Source of the DNA: Chlamydiota bacterium
Lineage (GTDB): Bacteria; Chlamydiota; Chlamydiia; Chlamydiales; JAJFMA01
Length of the DNA: 42,594 nucleotides
NCBI GenBank assembly: GCA_021772415.1
Contig: JAJFMA010000074.1
Coordinates: 1 to 42,594, forward strand
Reading direction: 5' to 3'
Positions 14,230-23,849 of this stretch are shown piece after piece. The notes beneath the pieces were generated by a model. The model was not told the origin of the DNA, searched no databases, and saw only the letters and a program-made list of their open reading frames with translations. Position 1 is the first letter of the stretch. Every line of letters starts with the position of its first letter. A program made the translations under genes and the position numbers.

Positions 14230-15546
14230 TTACTTCAACGCCGATCGCAGGAGCTGCATCGTCTCCTCAAAGGTACATCGCTCTTCGATCCCTTGCTTGA
14301 GAAACTTGTTCACGGCGTCGACATGGTCGATGGCAAAATCGGCAGCTTTGTCCGAGCCGCGTTTGTACTCTCCAATTTTCACCAGTAGCTCGTTCTTCTT
14401 ATATGTTGCAAGCACTTCCCTAAGTTGCCCGACTAAAGCCTGGTGTTCACTGTTCGTAATTGAATTCATCACACGTGAAGCTGAAGACAGCACGTCAATA
14501 GCAGGGTAGTGGTACGCTCGCGCCAGCTCCGCTGACAGGATAATGTGGCCATCGAGGATCGAACGCACCTCGTCGGCTACCGGCTCGTTCATATCGTCGC
14601 CAGCTACCAAAATCGTATAGAAGCCTGTGATCGATCCAACGTCCGAGCGCCCTGCACGCTCCAATAGCTTTGGCAGCGTCGAAAAGACTGACGGAGTATA
14701 CCCCGCACGTGCCGGAGGCTCACCAGCGGCAAGACCCACTTCACGCAGTGCCCGTGCAAAACGGGTCACCGAGTCCATCATCAAGATGACGGATTTGTCC
14801 TGGTCGCGGAAATACTCAGCGATCGCTGTCGCCACATAGGCGGCGTTAAGACGCAGCTGTGAGGCCTGATCCGATGTGGATACGATCAATACTGACCGCT
14901 TAAGACCTTCGGGGCCCAAGTCATGTTCGATGAAATCTCGAAGCTCACGACCACGCTCGCCAACCAAGCTGATTACGTTAACGTCGACAACGGCGTTACG
15001 CGCTATCATCCCAAGCAGGGTTGACTTACCACCACCGGCAGCAGCAAAGATGCCTACGCGTTGGCCGATACCCGTCGTGAGTGGGCCGTCAATTGCGCGG
15101 ATGCCCACTTCGATGTGGCTGTCGATCCGCTGCCTTTTCATCGGATCGGGAGGCTCCCGGATAACAGGAGCCCATTCTTCAGTCTCTAAAGGGCCTTTGA
15201 CTTCTTCGTCAATCGGTTCACCAAGCCCATTGAGGACACGACCGAGTAATTTGGGGCCTACACGAATGCTCAAAGACATACGTGTCGGAATGACTTCTGA
15301 CGAAGGACCAATGCCTTCCATTTCGCCCAAAGGCGAGAGCATCACTTCGTCTTTTGTAAATCCTACAACTTCGCAGCGTAAGGGCTCGCCTTCACGCTGG
15401 ATAAGGCAAACCTCGCCTATCTTCACCTGAGGGACAACAGCTTTGATTAACGTGCCAATGACCTCGGTGATACGTCCATTCACCGTGGTGAGCTTGACGT
15501 CATCAAGCTTGTCGAAAATACTGTCGAGTTGTTCGTCGAGGTCCAT
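14230..15546 (-). CDS. sctN: T3SS ATPase SctN (CdsN)
   Basis: Walker A is [20 protein letters not shown] and Walker B is [19 protein letters not shown]. The product is F1/FliI-like throughout ([49 protein letters not shown]). Confidence 0.97.
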   Translation of the reverse strand: MDLDEQLDSIFDKLDDVKLTTVNGRITEVIGTLIKAVVPQVKIGEVCLIQREGEPLRCEVVGFTKDEVMLSPLGEMEGIGPSSEVIPTRMSLSIRVGPKLLGRVLNGLGEPIDEEVKGPLETEEWAPVIREPPDPMKRQRIDSHIEVGIRAIDGPLTTGIGQRVGIFAAAGGGKSTLLGMIARNAVVDVNVISLVGERGRELRDFIEHDLGPEGLKRSVLIVSTSDQASQLRLNAAYVATAIAEYFRDQDKSVILMMDSVTRFARALREVGLAAGEPPARAGYTPSVFSTLPKLLERAGRSDVGSITGFYTILVAGDDMNEPVADEVRSILDGHIILSAELARAYHYPAIDVLSSASRVMNSITNSEHQALVGQLREVLATYKKNELLVKIGEYKRGSDKAADFAIDHVDAVNKFLKQGIEERCTFEETMQLLRSALK

Positions 15547-15646
15547 GAGGGTATTCCTCTGTATTGTAGCTTAGACAGCAAAATCCGTAGGAATAACTAG
15601 TCCTGACGGTAGGACCTGTACGCTGTTGAGAGCCTTCGCCTCGGTA

Positions 15647-16336
15647 TTACACCTGGACGTTCATGATGGTTTTAACAGACTCTAAGCTCTTGTTCAGCAA
15701 GCTCGCAAAGAACTCCAACTCTTGTTGGATAAGACCCATTTTTAACTGCACTTTTAACACTTTAGCAGGCGAGAGCTTGTCTCTGTCTTTATCGATATCT
15801 TGTACCTGCGCTGTCAGACTCTCTAATTGATGCTGACCATGTGTAAGATATCCCAAAAACTTCTTCACTGGAGATAACAAGCCCTTCGGAGCTTCCGCCG
15901 GCTGGTAATCAACGCCAACCTTAGATAAGGCCACTTTTAAGCTTTCGTCGATATGCGTAAGCTTATTGCGTAACACATTTTGTACCGAACGCTTCAGCTT
16001 GAGGTCGTGTGTGGAAAGCTTGCGCTTAACAGACTCAACTTTCTCTATGGCATTCTCAGCCTGCGCGATCAAGTGACGGACATCCCCACCCCTAGCATGG
16101 TCGATGCGACGCTGTGAACGTCGCGCCTCTTCCATCGGCGACAACTTACGCTGCTGCTCTTGCTGTTCAAGGCGTATCTTTTCCGTATCTTCTTGCTTGT
16201 GCGTCTTCCTAGCCATTAACTCCTCGAAGTACTCCTTGTTAGGAGCAATCTTCTGGAGCTGGTCTCCACCGAGCTTGTCGGTGTCCTTTAGGGCTTCGCT
16301 AAGCTTTTTTATTTTGGATATTTGTTCTGCTGACAT
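15647..16336 (-). CDS. Coiled-coil T3SS-cluster protein, positional equivalent of Chlamydia CT668
   Basis: The 229-aa charged helical protein sits between cdsG and cdsN, as CT668 does. I recognise no catalytic motif. Confidence 0.6.
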   Translation of the reverse strand: MSAEQISKIKKLSEALKDTDKLGGDQLQKIAPNKEYFEELMARKTHKQEDTEKIRLEQQEQQRKLSPMEEARRSQRRIDHARGGDVRHLIAQAENAIEKVESVKRKLSTHDLKLKRSVQNVLRNKLTHIDESLKVALSKVGVDYQPAEAPKGLLSPVKKFLGYLTHGQHQLESLTAQVQDIDKDRDKLSPAKVLKVQLKMGLIQQELEFFASLLNKSLESVKTIMNVQV

Positions 16337-16379
16337 AATTTATGTCCCCTTACAACGAGCAGGTCGTCACAAGCTTGTT

Positions 16380-16835
16380 TTAAGTTACTTCGTCCTCTCC
16401 AGACCCCGAAAAGAACGGAGCCTTTTTACTGCGATTTTTGAGATCCTTCTCTGCCCATTCTAAGGCAATCTTACAGAGGTTTATCACTGTGGGATCCTCT
16501 GTTGCCTCTCGGGCTCCACTGATGAGATCTTCGCCCTGCTTGCGCTTGGACTTCACCAGTAAGTAAGCGATCCCTAAAAACGCTTGAGCAAGATGATTTT
16601 CTGGCTCTTGCTCTACCACTGACTCAAAAATCGATGATGCATCTTTGACATCTAGCTTATTCAAAGCTATGTATCCAAGACCAATTTGCGGCGCTGTGCT
16701 TTCTGGTCTAAGCACTTGCGCTGCGTTAAACAACCTTTTGGCATTGGTTTCATCTAGTTGCTTCACCGCCACAAAGCCTGCTTCAATCAGCAATGCAAAG
16801 TCATGCCGGAAATCCTCAAGTCTATCTTCACCCAT
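16380..16835 (-). CDS. cdsG: TPR-like needle-subunit co-chaperone CdsG (YscG/PscG-like)
   Basis: The 151-aa helical-repeat protein carries TPR-like signatures (AKRLFNAAQVLRPESTAPQIGLGYIALNKLDVKDASSIFESVVEQEPENHLAQAFLGIAYLL). It lies directly downstream of the needle gene, as CT667 does. Confidence 0.65.
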   Translation of the reverse strand: MGEDRLEDFRHDFALLIEAGFVAVKQLDETNAKRLFNAAQVLRPESTAPQIGLGYIALNKLDVKDASSIFESVVEQEPENHLAQAFLGIAYLLVKSKRKQGEDLISGAREATEDPTVINLCKIALEWAEKDLKNRSKKAPFFSGSGEDEVT

Positions 16836-16999
16836 GGTTCCTTCCTCTAGTGCTTATCTGCTCGTAGCGTACGACAATTCTGTTTTCCACTCATGCATTA
16901 AGCGCACATGACCATGCGCTACCGCTGCGTCGTAGGACTCTCCATACTTCGAGTACGGCTCCCACACTAAGCGAGAGCCAGTACTCAAACCAAGGATTA

Positions 17000-17263
17000 T
17001 TATCCCTTGACGTTCCTAGCCATAGACACAATGGCAGAGTTAGCCGCGTTTACCACAGCTGTCGACATTTCCGACATCTGGGAAAGGTGGTTCATCAACA
17101 TCTGCATGTCAAACATGTCAGCAATACTGATGGCACTGCGACGGGCTTTGATGTCATTTAATTTGGTCTTCGCGCTGACAGTGGCTGCATCCACAATCTC
17201 AATCAGGGCTTCCATGCTAAATGCTTCTCTAGCGATGGCCATAAGACCCTCCTGTTGGTTCAA
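17000..17263 (-). CDS. sctF: T3SS needle filament subunit SctF (CdsF)
   Basis: The product is an 87-aa two-helix protein. Its C-terminal helix (MQMLMNHLSQMSEMSTAVVNAANSAIVSMARNVKG) is typical of the needle family. Its position equals CT666. Confidence 0.8.
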   Translation of the reverse strand: MNQQEGLMAIAREAFSMEALIEIVDAATVSAKTKLNDIKARRSAISIADMFDMQMLMNHLSQMSEMSTAVVNAANSAIVSMARNVKG

Positions 17264-17413
17264 GCAATTTTATCTACTGATAGCTGTCTGGCATTAGTAG
17301 CCTTTCCGGTGCGATAGGGCGGCTCAGCGAGGGATGATCTTCGAAGAGAGTATCAACTGTCGCTCGGCTTACTCTATCGATAGCCGGAGTAACGACGTCT
17401 TGCACCTTATATT

Positions 17414-17668
17414 CTACGACTTAGCGCCAAAACGCGCCACCACTTTTAACAGTGCGGCATATCCGTGTAGTAAATGACCGAAATCATTGAACTCGGATTT
17501 ATCTAAACCGCTTCTCAATAAATTCTTAATTTGCAGCATGCGAGCTTGGATGCGCTGTTGCACCTCGCGACGCTGTGCAGGACTTTCAAGGTCTTGCTCG
17601 AGATCGAAAACAGTTTCTTTTTTGTCTTGTTTCTCTTTGTCTTTGTCGCCTAAGCCAAACATCTGCAA
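17414..17668 (-). CDS. cdsE: Small needle-subunit co-chaperone CdsE (YscE/PscE-like)
   Basis: The 84-aa charged helical protein lies between cdsD and cdsF, as CT665 does. Confidence 0.6.
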   Translation of the reverse strand: MQMFGLGDKDKEKQDKKETVFDLEQDLESPAQRREVQQRIQARMLQIKNLLRSGLDKSEFNDFGHLLHGYAALLKVVARFGAKS

Positions 17669-17731
17669 CCTCTTAAATTAGAAAGTAGGCTACCAATGCC
17701 TACTTCTCCTTTTAATTCATTATACCACATC

Positions 17732-19573
17732 TTACTTATTATATTCAATCTTATATTTTACACCTTCCCGTTCTAACTGGATCACATCGCGCTTAATTTC
17801 TTTGATTGTCATGCCATCGAGTAGATCGCCTACAGCTAGAATACGTCCAGCGATGACCACATTGACGGTGACGCCGCCGCGTCCTGACGAGCCTGTCACT
17901 TTATAGCTGTCGGTAAGGTCAATAATGGATTCTTCGGCCTCGAGTTCGACTACGAAGTTTTTCACATTACGCACACCGGCGTTACGCTTAAAAGAGGCAA
18001 TCATTTTATCGAATTGCGTTCCACGGCCGGCGCGGATAGTTCCAGACAGGGTGAGTTCGCCACCGCGCATTTGGACTTGGACATCCTTGAAGCCCTGCTC
18101 TTGGAGTAAGACTGAGATGGTGTTGATTTCGTCTTCTTCTACGATGAGTCTCTTTTCTAGCAGGTCGAGGTAGGGGAAGTTCTGGGAAATAAAGTCCGAG
18201 AGCTTTTCGGCTTGCTCGTGAGTGTCGAGATATCCGGAGAGGACGAAGCGTCCTGCGGACGGTGAGGTGAGGCTGACACCGTGCCATACGGGGTTTCGTG
18301 CCAGCGTGATATTGGTCTGCTGGACGACATATTCATCGATGACGAGGTTTGTGTCGTCGATATCTCGGATAAAGGTGAGCCCTTGCAAGTTGTATTTGAG
18401 TTGTGCTTTGTCGACGTTCTTTTGCACGTGGCCTATCAGTAGCAGTTTACCGCTGCTAGGACTGAAGGTGTATTTGATCGTGGGGAACTGCATCATCACC
18501 TTTTCGAGTTCAGCTTCGGTGTCGATTTCTTTGACGGTGATTTCCTGGCTGCGGAAAAGCGAGGTGGTTCCCATGCCTATGATGGCGAACAGACCAACAA
18601 CTAGGCCTAAGACGACAAGGCGTCCGAAGGCGCCGCGAGTTTTGGGGATGCTTGTCTCAGGTTCTTGCTTCGGAGATTCCGGAGCGCTAGCGGCCTGTGG
18701 CGTGGCTTGCGCTGCGGCAGGGGCGTCACCCTTAAGGCTTTTGACAATAGAAGGAAGTAAGGGAGTGATGATCGTATCCCGGTCCGCTTCTCGGTCAAAC
18801 ACGATGAAGCTTGTCGTACCCAAAGACACAACGGATTTGGATGCTAGGGCGGATTTTCCCTTGATCTTCTTTTCGTCGACAAGGATGCCGTTGCGGCTCT
18901 TCAGGTCGGCGATTTTAATTTGATTGTCGTTTCCAATCGAGATTTTGGCATGTTGGCGCGAGACACTGACATCGTGGAAGACGATGTCGCACTTGGAGGA
19001 ATCCGTCCCTAATACATAGGATAAACCGGGCTCCATCGAAAACTCGGCGCCGTTGTTAGGGCCGGCGATGACTTTAAGGAGCCAGCGGCCCGTTTCGGAT
19101 AGATCAAAGTCGATGTCAGCAAGAAGCTGCTCCTGGTCGTCGGCTTCATCCTCGAAGAGCGTATCATCAGCAGCGTCGTCGTCGTCTTCTTCTTCTTCTT
19201 CTTCGACCGCGGCCTTAGTGCCTCGTTTTTCAGCTTTAGGAGCATCAGCGCTTTTGCCCATTTGCTGCCCACCAATCTCAGTGTAGAAGCGGAAGATGCC
19301 TCCGCCAATGCGCACGGCGTCGCCATGTTCGAGCATGAGTGAGCCCTCGATTTGGTCGTCATTGACCAAAGCGGGGTTGGTGCTGCTGAGATTTTCTAAG
19401 GCGATACCGTCGTCTTGACGACGCGCGACAAGGTGTTCATTGGATACATCCGGATCCTCTACCACCAGTTGGCAGGTATCGGGATCGCGACCGATGATCC
19501 ACTCCTCGCCGTCGTCGAAGGAGAGCACTAGCCCTTCAAGTTCGCCTTCTTCTGCAATTAATTTAGCCGTCAT
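17732..19573 (-). CDS. sctD: T3SS inner-membrane ring protein SctD (CdsD) with two N-terminal FHA domains
   Basis: FHA 1 reads WIIGRDPDTCQLVVEDPDVSNEHLVARRQDDGIALENLSSTNPALVNDDQI. FHA 2 reads YVLGTDSSKCDIVFHDVSVSRQHAKISIGNDNQIKIADLKSRNGILVDEKKI. An acidic linker (EEEEEEDDDDAADD) separates them. A single TM segment (LVVLGLVVGLFAIIGMGTTSLF) precedes a periplasmic YscD-like region. Synteny matches CT664. Confidence 0.9.
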   Translation of the reverse strand: MTAKLIAEEGELEGLVLSFDDGEEWIIGRDPDTCQLVVEDPDVSNEHLVARRQDDGIALENLSSTNPALVNDDQIEGSLMLEHGDAVRIGGGIFRFYTEIGGQQMGKSADAPKAEKRGTKAAVEEEEEEDDDDAADDTLFEDEADDQEQLLADIDFDLSETGRWLLKVIAGPNNGAEFSMEPGLSYVLGTDSSKCDIVFHDVSVSRQHAKISIGNDNQIKIADLKSRNGILVDEKKIKGKSALASKSVVSLGTTSFIVFDREADRDTIITPLLPSIVKSLKGDAPAAAQATPQAASAPESPKQEPETSIPKTRGAFGRLVVLGLVVGLFAIIGMGTTSLFRSQEITVKEIDTEAELEKVMMQFPTIKYTFSPSSGKLLLIGHVQKNVDKAQLKYNLQGLTFIRDIDDTNLVIDEYVVQQTNITLARNPVWHGVSLTSPSAGRFVLSGYLDTHEQAEKLSDFISQNFPYLDLLEKRLIVEEDEINTISVLLQEQGFKDVQVQMRGGELTLSGTIRAGRGTQFDKMIASFKRNAGVRNVKNFVVELEAEESIIDLTDSYKVTGSSGRGGVTVNVVIAGRILAVGDLLDGMTIKEIKRDVIQLEREGVKYKIEYNK

Positions 19574-19661
19574 AGCGGATTACCATTTTTTGTCTTACAC
19601 AGCATTTCCATGAGGCGAGCGCTATCATTATACATACTTCCCAAGCTTTTTCCCACGTTCT

Positions 19662-20057
19662 TCACGCGGCCTTGTGGTGAAGTGCTTCACTGCGCCAGAA
19701 GTCTACTGCGTTCATAAAATCTTCGATATGGTCTCTAAATCGTTCGTAGTCAACATTGTAGTCGATTTCCTGTGATAGGGTCAAGGCATCGCCTTCATCG
19801 TTTAACCCTAACACAGCTCCTTCAGTTCCTTGGCCAAAGAGATTTGCGAGCATCATATCGGTCAAAAAGGCTTCCAAGGCCTCTGTGGGGCACTCGGCTA
19901 CTTCACACTGAAGCTCGATTCCAGGGTTGAGATCGTTAATGTACATGACGATATCTTCGTCCATGCTCACCATGTAATTGCCCATGTCATCTTGTGGAAT
20001 CTCCTTGTCCAGCTCTAGTTCCTTCTGGAAGCGCTCCATCATTTGACTTAGACTCAT
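19662..20057 (-). CDS. Class I (CesT/SycE-type) T3S chaperone, positional equivalent of CT663 (Scc4)
   Basis: The 131-aa acidic protein has the usual CesT-like pattern (GNYMVSMDEDIVMYINDLNPGIELQCEVAECP...FLTDMMLANLFGQGTEGAVLGLNDEGDALTLSQEIDY). It lies immediately upstream of cdsD. Confidence 0.75.
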   Translation of the reverse strand: MSLSQMMERFQKELELDKEIPQDDMGNYMVSMDEDIVMYINDLNPGIELQCEVAECPTEALEAFLTDMMLANLFGQGTEGAVLGLNDEGDALTLSQEIDYNVDYERFRDHIEDFMNAVDFWRSEALHHKAA

Positions 20058-20292
20058 GATCTTTCTCCTTACTTCGCATGCCCCTTTGGCGTGCTATACA
20101 AGTGCAAAATCCGCGCCAAACGAGGGAAAGGAGCTGTATTTTGTTCGTATAGCACTCAGTATCAGGTCAGTGTCTCTGTCGAAACGGGTTGCTAGACAGG
20201 AGCCTTCCCTTGTCGATCACATCCTTTTTGTCTTTGTGCTGTCACTATTTCGTTTCTACGAGCCTTTGCAAGGGGCTACTTGTATTCGTACG

Positions 20293-20399
20293 AGAAAAAC
20301 GCAAAGATGCAAAGATCAAAAGACGCAGAGAGGTCTACTATACCACTATCATTCAGATCTTTGCGTCTTTTTTACTCTGCGTCTTTGCGTTTCTTTCGC
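20293..20399. repeat. Cluster of AAGACGCA(A/G)AG-type motifs in both orientations, forming a large imperfect hairpin
   Basis: The left arm (20293-20330) is GAGAAAAACGCAAAGATGCAAAGATCAAAAGACGCAGAG. The right arm (20355-20399) is AGATCTTTGCGTCTTTTTTACTCTGCGTCTTTGCGTTTCTTTCGC. Several perfect 9-10 bp complementary blocks exist: GACGCAGAG/CTCTGCGTC, AAAAGACGCA/TGCGTCTTTT and GCAAAGATC/GATCTTTGC. Confidence 0.75.
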
Positions 20400-20514
20400 A
20401 TAACCACGCAGACTTAGGGCGGAAAAAAGCGCCAAAAACCCACCTAAGTCTCGTGACTACAGCTGCAGTCGCGAGACAGAGCGTGGGTGACAGTAGACTT
20501 CTAAAGCTCGCGCT

Positions 20515-21591
20515 TTATGCCGCTTGGGTAAACCTAAAGCTCTGGGTTTGGCCTTCCTGTGCCTTCTGCATGGCAGCTATTGCCGCCCCAATATCATCGG
20601 CAACAGAGCGACCTGCTTCTCCAGCGGACTGTGTAAATTGCCTGTTGATATCCGATTCGGTCTCAATTTCGGCGAGTTCCTTCTCGTCTAGCGTGACAAG
20701 CATGCCCATAAACGCTTCGTTGAGGCCTGTTAAGCCTTGCGCGAACTGGTTAACCACCTGCGACTCTGCGTGCAGACCATCTAGTTTGGTTTGTATTTCT
20801 CGGCTCTGTTGGTGTTCTACTTTGTCCGTGAGCTCTTTTTGCTTTCCCTTAGCCTTAGCAAGTTCTGCGTGTTCCTTGTCGGTGAGCTTTCCCTCACCTG
20901 CCGCGTTTTTGTTTCCCGCAGCAGCGTTTGCTTGTTGCTTTGCTTCAAGACGTGACACTGTTGGTTGTTGGGCGTCATAGGCTTTTTTATCAGTCTGACT
21001 CATGCCCGCGGTTGGCTCTTTGCCTACCTCTTTTCCAACTTGCTTTTGTTGCTTGGCAAGTTTAGCTCGCTGTCCGAGGTTTCTCACTCCCATGCCAGCG
21101 CTACCGATGTTGATGGCTGCTGAAATCAGGTGTTTGGCCATTTCCTTCAAGCCTTTGGACAAGATCTCCGCAGCTTTCTCGGCTCCAAGGGCATCTGTCA
21201 TTTCCATGCCTTTGACCTTAAGCTGTCCCTCTTGCAGGCGTTCGCCTTGCTTTTCTTTGAGGTAGTCCGACATCTTTTCCAGAAAGTCGACTAAATACGA
21301 AGGTGCGAGCCATGCGTTCCCAGTGTTCTCTGCTGTAGGTACCGTTTCCGATCCCGGCGCAGGAAGCTGAGGAGCGTTTGGGCCCTTAGCACCTGGAGGT
21401 GCTTTAGCAGCCTGCTGGTCCGCCACGACGACCTGGTCTTTTGCGGCAGCGTCACCCTTGGCTTGCGCCGCTGTGGCCCTGGTAGCACCGTGAACGGCAT
21501 CGCCAAGCTGCGCCTCTTCTTGGTCAGACAACGCTTTGTTTACCGAAAAGTCTGGTGACGGCTGTTGTCCTTGTATGGATGAGTCACTCAT
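20515..21591 (-). CDS. copD: Minor hydrophobic translocator, CopD/YopD (SctB)-like
   Basis: The gene follows the CopB-like gene in the lcrH-copB-copD order. The 358-aa protein is rich in Ala, Lys and Gln. It has one central hydrophobic stretch (HLISAAINIGSAGMGV) and an amphipathic C-terminus. A good SD (GGAAGGAG) precedes the ATG. Confidence 0.55.
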   Translation of the reverse strand: MSDSSIQGQQPSPDFSVNKALSDQEEAQLGDAVHGATRATAAQAKGDAAAKDQVVVADQQAAKAPPGAKGPNAPQLPAPGSETVPTAENTGNAWLAPSYLVDFLEKMSDYLKEKQGERLQEGQLKVKGMEMTDALGAEKAAEILSKGLKEMAKHLISAAINIGSAGMGVRNLGQRAKLAKQQKQVGKEVGKEPTAGMSQTDKKAYDAQQPTVSRLEAKQQANAAAGNKNAAGEGKLTDKEHAELAKAKGKQKELTDKVEHQQSREIQTKLDGLHAESQVVNQFAQGLTGLNEAFMGMLVTLDEKELAEIETESDINRQFTQSAGEAGRSVADDIGAAIAAMQKAQEGQTQSFRFTQAA

Positions 21592-21793
21592 ACGTGATTT
21601 CTCCTTCCCTATTTTGGGTTATCTAGGGGACTTACAACACTCCCATAGGGTGGCTGTAAGTCCGATTGTCAGGCCCTCAAAACCGCGGTGGTGGTCCGGG
21701 AGGAGCGGTATCGATTCCGCGTTTGAGTGCCGTCGCTTATTAGTTTCCTCCTTACTGTGTGACACCATCAGCGATGGTGTTGGTAGCTTTCTA

Positions 21794-23818
21794 TTACGCC
21801 GCCTTGGTTGCGCCACTAACTATATCGGAGTAGCTTTCCACAATCTTAACAAAGCTGTCGGACATAAAGTTTGACAGATCTTGTATCTGCTCCATTCCAG
21901 CGGTGATTTCTTCACGTTGTAAGCCATAACCTTCAAGCTGCGCATCGAGTTCAGCTAGCTGCGCTTCAAGCTCTGACTTTTCTTTGGCTAAACCAGCCAT
22001 TCTAATGTTCATGACGGCTGACAGAACCTGTGCTAGTGTTTCAACGGCTGACGAGGCCATCTGCAGCTGTTGGGCAATTTGCTCAATGCCTCGGCCCATG
22101 GAGCCCGTAGAGGACTGTGCTACAGCCTTGCTGGCGCCCATCATCTGTTTGGCGCCGGCGAGCATGAGTGCTAACATCGCAACCATAGCGATCACCATCG
22201 CGACGATCTCAGCGGTTTCTTCATCCATACCGAGTACTTCAGTGAGGAAGGGCTTGATGCCTCGCGTTAATACGCCACTGTGCGTGATACCTGTTGTCGC
22301 GACGTTAATGGCAACGGCGTTGGCGACCTTCGTTGTGGCTTTCTTGGCGAGTTCTGGGCCAAGCTTGTCTACCACATGTTTGGTGCCGAACTTGGCTGCA
22401 GCGCCTTTTGTGATGAGCGCAACGACGATAATCAGCACAATCATCACAACCATCGCCATGATTTCGGCCATCTCATCCGACATACCCATCGATTTAAACA
22501 CCTCCACCATCTTGTCGACAATGGCTTCAAAGGCGTCATCGATAATAGTTGTTGTCGCTGCTATGACGGCAATCAAGACGCCAATCGCGGCTATCGCAAT
22601 AGCGAGGAGTGATCCACCACTTACTATAGCCATCACAAGGAAGGCTACGGCCATCACAATGCTGACGACTTTCATGATGGTGCCGAGGGTGTCGGCTTTC
22701 TTCTTCATCTTCTGCGCTTTCTCGATCTGCTTCATCTGCTTCTCGAGCTTTGCTGCCATAACCTCTTTCTGGCCCACCGACGCTTTCTTCGCTTCGTCGG
22801 CGTCCATGGATTTCATCAGAGCTAAGAACTCTTTGGCTTCTCCAATGACTTCTGCGATGAATTTCAAAAAGTCATTCAAGGCCATCTTTCCGGGGTCATC
22901 AGCAGGAAGAGCATCTGCGGTGGCTTGCGTCACACGCGCCTGATTTTCCAGTACCTGTACCCCGTTTTTGGCCGCGAGCGTTTGGATGTCTTGGAAATTC
23001 ATCGTTGATGGATCAACCTTTCCAAGTCCTAACTTCTCCATCTGTGCAGCAAGGTCCTGCCCAGCAAAATTGGGGATCTCTCCCGATTTAAGCCCTTCAG
23101 TTGCTTTGGCAAACTCCTCGGGTACTTCAAATTTTCCTGTAGGTGTCTCCACACCTTGCTGCGCTAGCTGGTCACGTACTTGCGCCGCCTGCTCCGGAGG
23201 AAGTTCTCCACTCTGTACGAGCTGCTGTAGCTGTGCAATCTCCGCTTTACTGAGCTGCTCTCCGCTTTGCATTTTGGCCAAGAGTTCGGGAGATATTTGC
23301 ATTTCACCTTTAGCAACGACATCTCCGGTAGCTTGTTGCCCTTGTTGATCTGCCACAAAATTTTTGGCAGCGACAACATCTTGGCCGCCGGCCATGACGG
23401 CTTCTTCAAAGCCTCCAAGGTCAGGATCCTGCTCGGCAGGTGGCTTCTGCATGTTCTTCACGACTTGCTGGCGAAGGCCCGGTTCCATACGGCCAAGTGC
23501 TTCAGCAAACTGCTCTTCGTCCTGGTCAGCAAGGTCTCCGGCATGGCGCTCTTTAGGTGCCGTCGAAGCCTTGGGGTTTAAATTCTTCGGAAGCGATGGC
23601 TTGTCGGCAGTGGCTTGATATTCCTTATCACCTGACTTTACCTTTTCGTCCGTGCTCGCTCCCATCGTGTCTTTGATGTCTACCGGTTTCGACTGCGGTG
23701 CCGGTGTAGTCTGTCCTGTAGCGGCTACTTGTTCTTTTCCCTCTACGGGGGCGGAATCCATGTACGCCGAAAGGTCGGGACCTCCCATGGGGTCTCCGCC
23801 TGTGGTCATATCGGACAT
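21794..23818 (-). CDS. copB: Major hydrophobic translocator, CopB/YopB/IpaB (SctE)-like
   Basis: The long hydrophilic N-terminus is followed by a coiled coil and then very hydrophobic hairpin segments (LGTIMKVVSIVMAVAFLVMAIVSGGSLLAIAIAAIGVLIAVIAATTTII, EIMAMVVMIVLIIVVALITKG, EIVAMVIAMVAMLALMLAGA). It lies immediately downstream of an LcrH-type chaperone gene. Confidence 0.85.
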   Translation of the reverse strand: MSDMTTGGDPMGGPDLSAYMDSAPVEGKEQVAATGQTTPAPQSKPVDIKDTMGASTDEKVKSGDKEYQATADKPSLPKNLNPKASTAPKERHAGDLADQDEEQFAEALGRMEPGLRQQVVKNMQKPPAEQDPDLGGFEEAVMAGGQDVVAAKNFVADQQGQQATGDVVAKGEMQISPELLAKMQSGEQLSKAEIAQLQQLVQSGELPPEQAAQVRDQLAQQGVETPTGKFEVPEEFAKATEGLKSGEIPNFAGQDLAAQMEKLGLGKVDPSTMNFQDIQTLAAKNGVQVLENQARVTQATADALPADDPGKMALNDFLKFIAEVIGEAKEFLALMKSMDADEAKKASVGQKEVMAAKLEKQMKQIEKAQKMKKKADTLGTIMKVVSIVMAVAFLVMAIVSGGSLLAIAIAAIGVLIAVIAATTTIIDDAFEAIVDKMVEVFKSMGMSDEMAEIMAMVVMIVLIIVVALITKGAAAKFGTKHVVDKLGPELAKKATTKVANAVAINVATTGITHSGVLTRGIKPFLTEVLGMDEETAEIVAMVIAMVAMLALMLAGAKQMMGASKAVAQSSTGSMGRGIEQIAQQLQMASSAVETLAQVLSAVMNIRMAGLAKEKSELEAQLAELDAQLEGYGLQREEITAGMEQIQDLSNFMSDSFVKIVESYSDIVSGATKAA

Positions 23819-23849
23819 AGATTACCTCCTTATTATAATGCGTTTAATT

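Noticed and set aside
15647-16336. Calling the 229-aa protein upstream of the ATPase SctL (the stator), as its position in other injectisome families would suggest.
   Set aside because: In the chlamydial layout this slot is CT668, and cdsL lies in a different cluster. I see no SctL/FliH-like C-terminal motif, so only the positional label is given.
18222-18923. A 233-aa plus-strand ORF antisense to cdsD. Similar long antisense ORFs occur elsewhere, for example 21984-22943 (319 aa), 20189-20980 (263 aa), 14876-15430 (184 aa), 30458-30988 (176 aa), 13738-14205 (155 aa) and 7917-8372 (151 aa).
   Set aside because: All lie wholly inside strongly supported minus-strand genes. Their products are low-complexity Ser/Arg/Cys/Thr-rich sequences with no motifs. 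They are typical shadow ORFs of GC3-biased coding regions.
21592-21793. A possible small gene or sRNA in the 202-nt copB-copD spacer. An AGGAGG lies after the hairpin ACACCATC-gct-GATGGTGT, and there is a 65-aa track ORF at 21619-21816.
   Set aside because: No start codon follows the AGGAGG at a sensible distance. The 65-aa ORF starts inside copB and is Arg/Pro-rich. The hairpins may simply stabilise or partially terminate the transcript.
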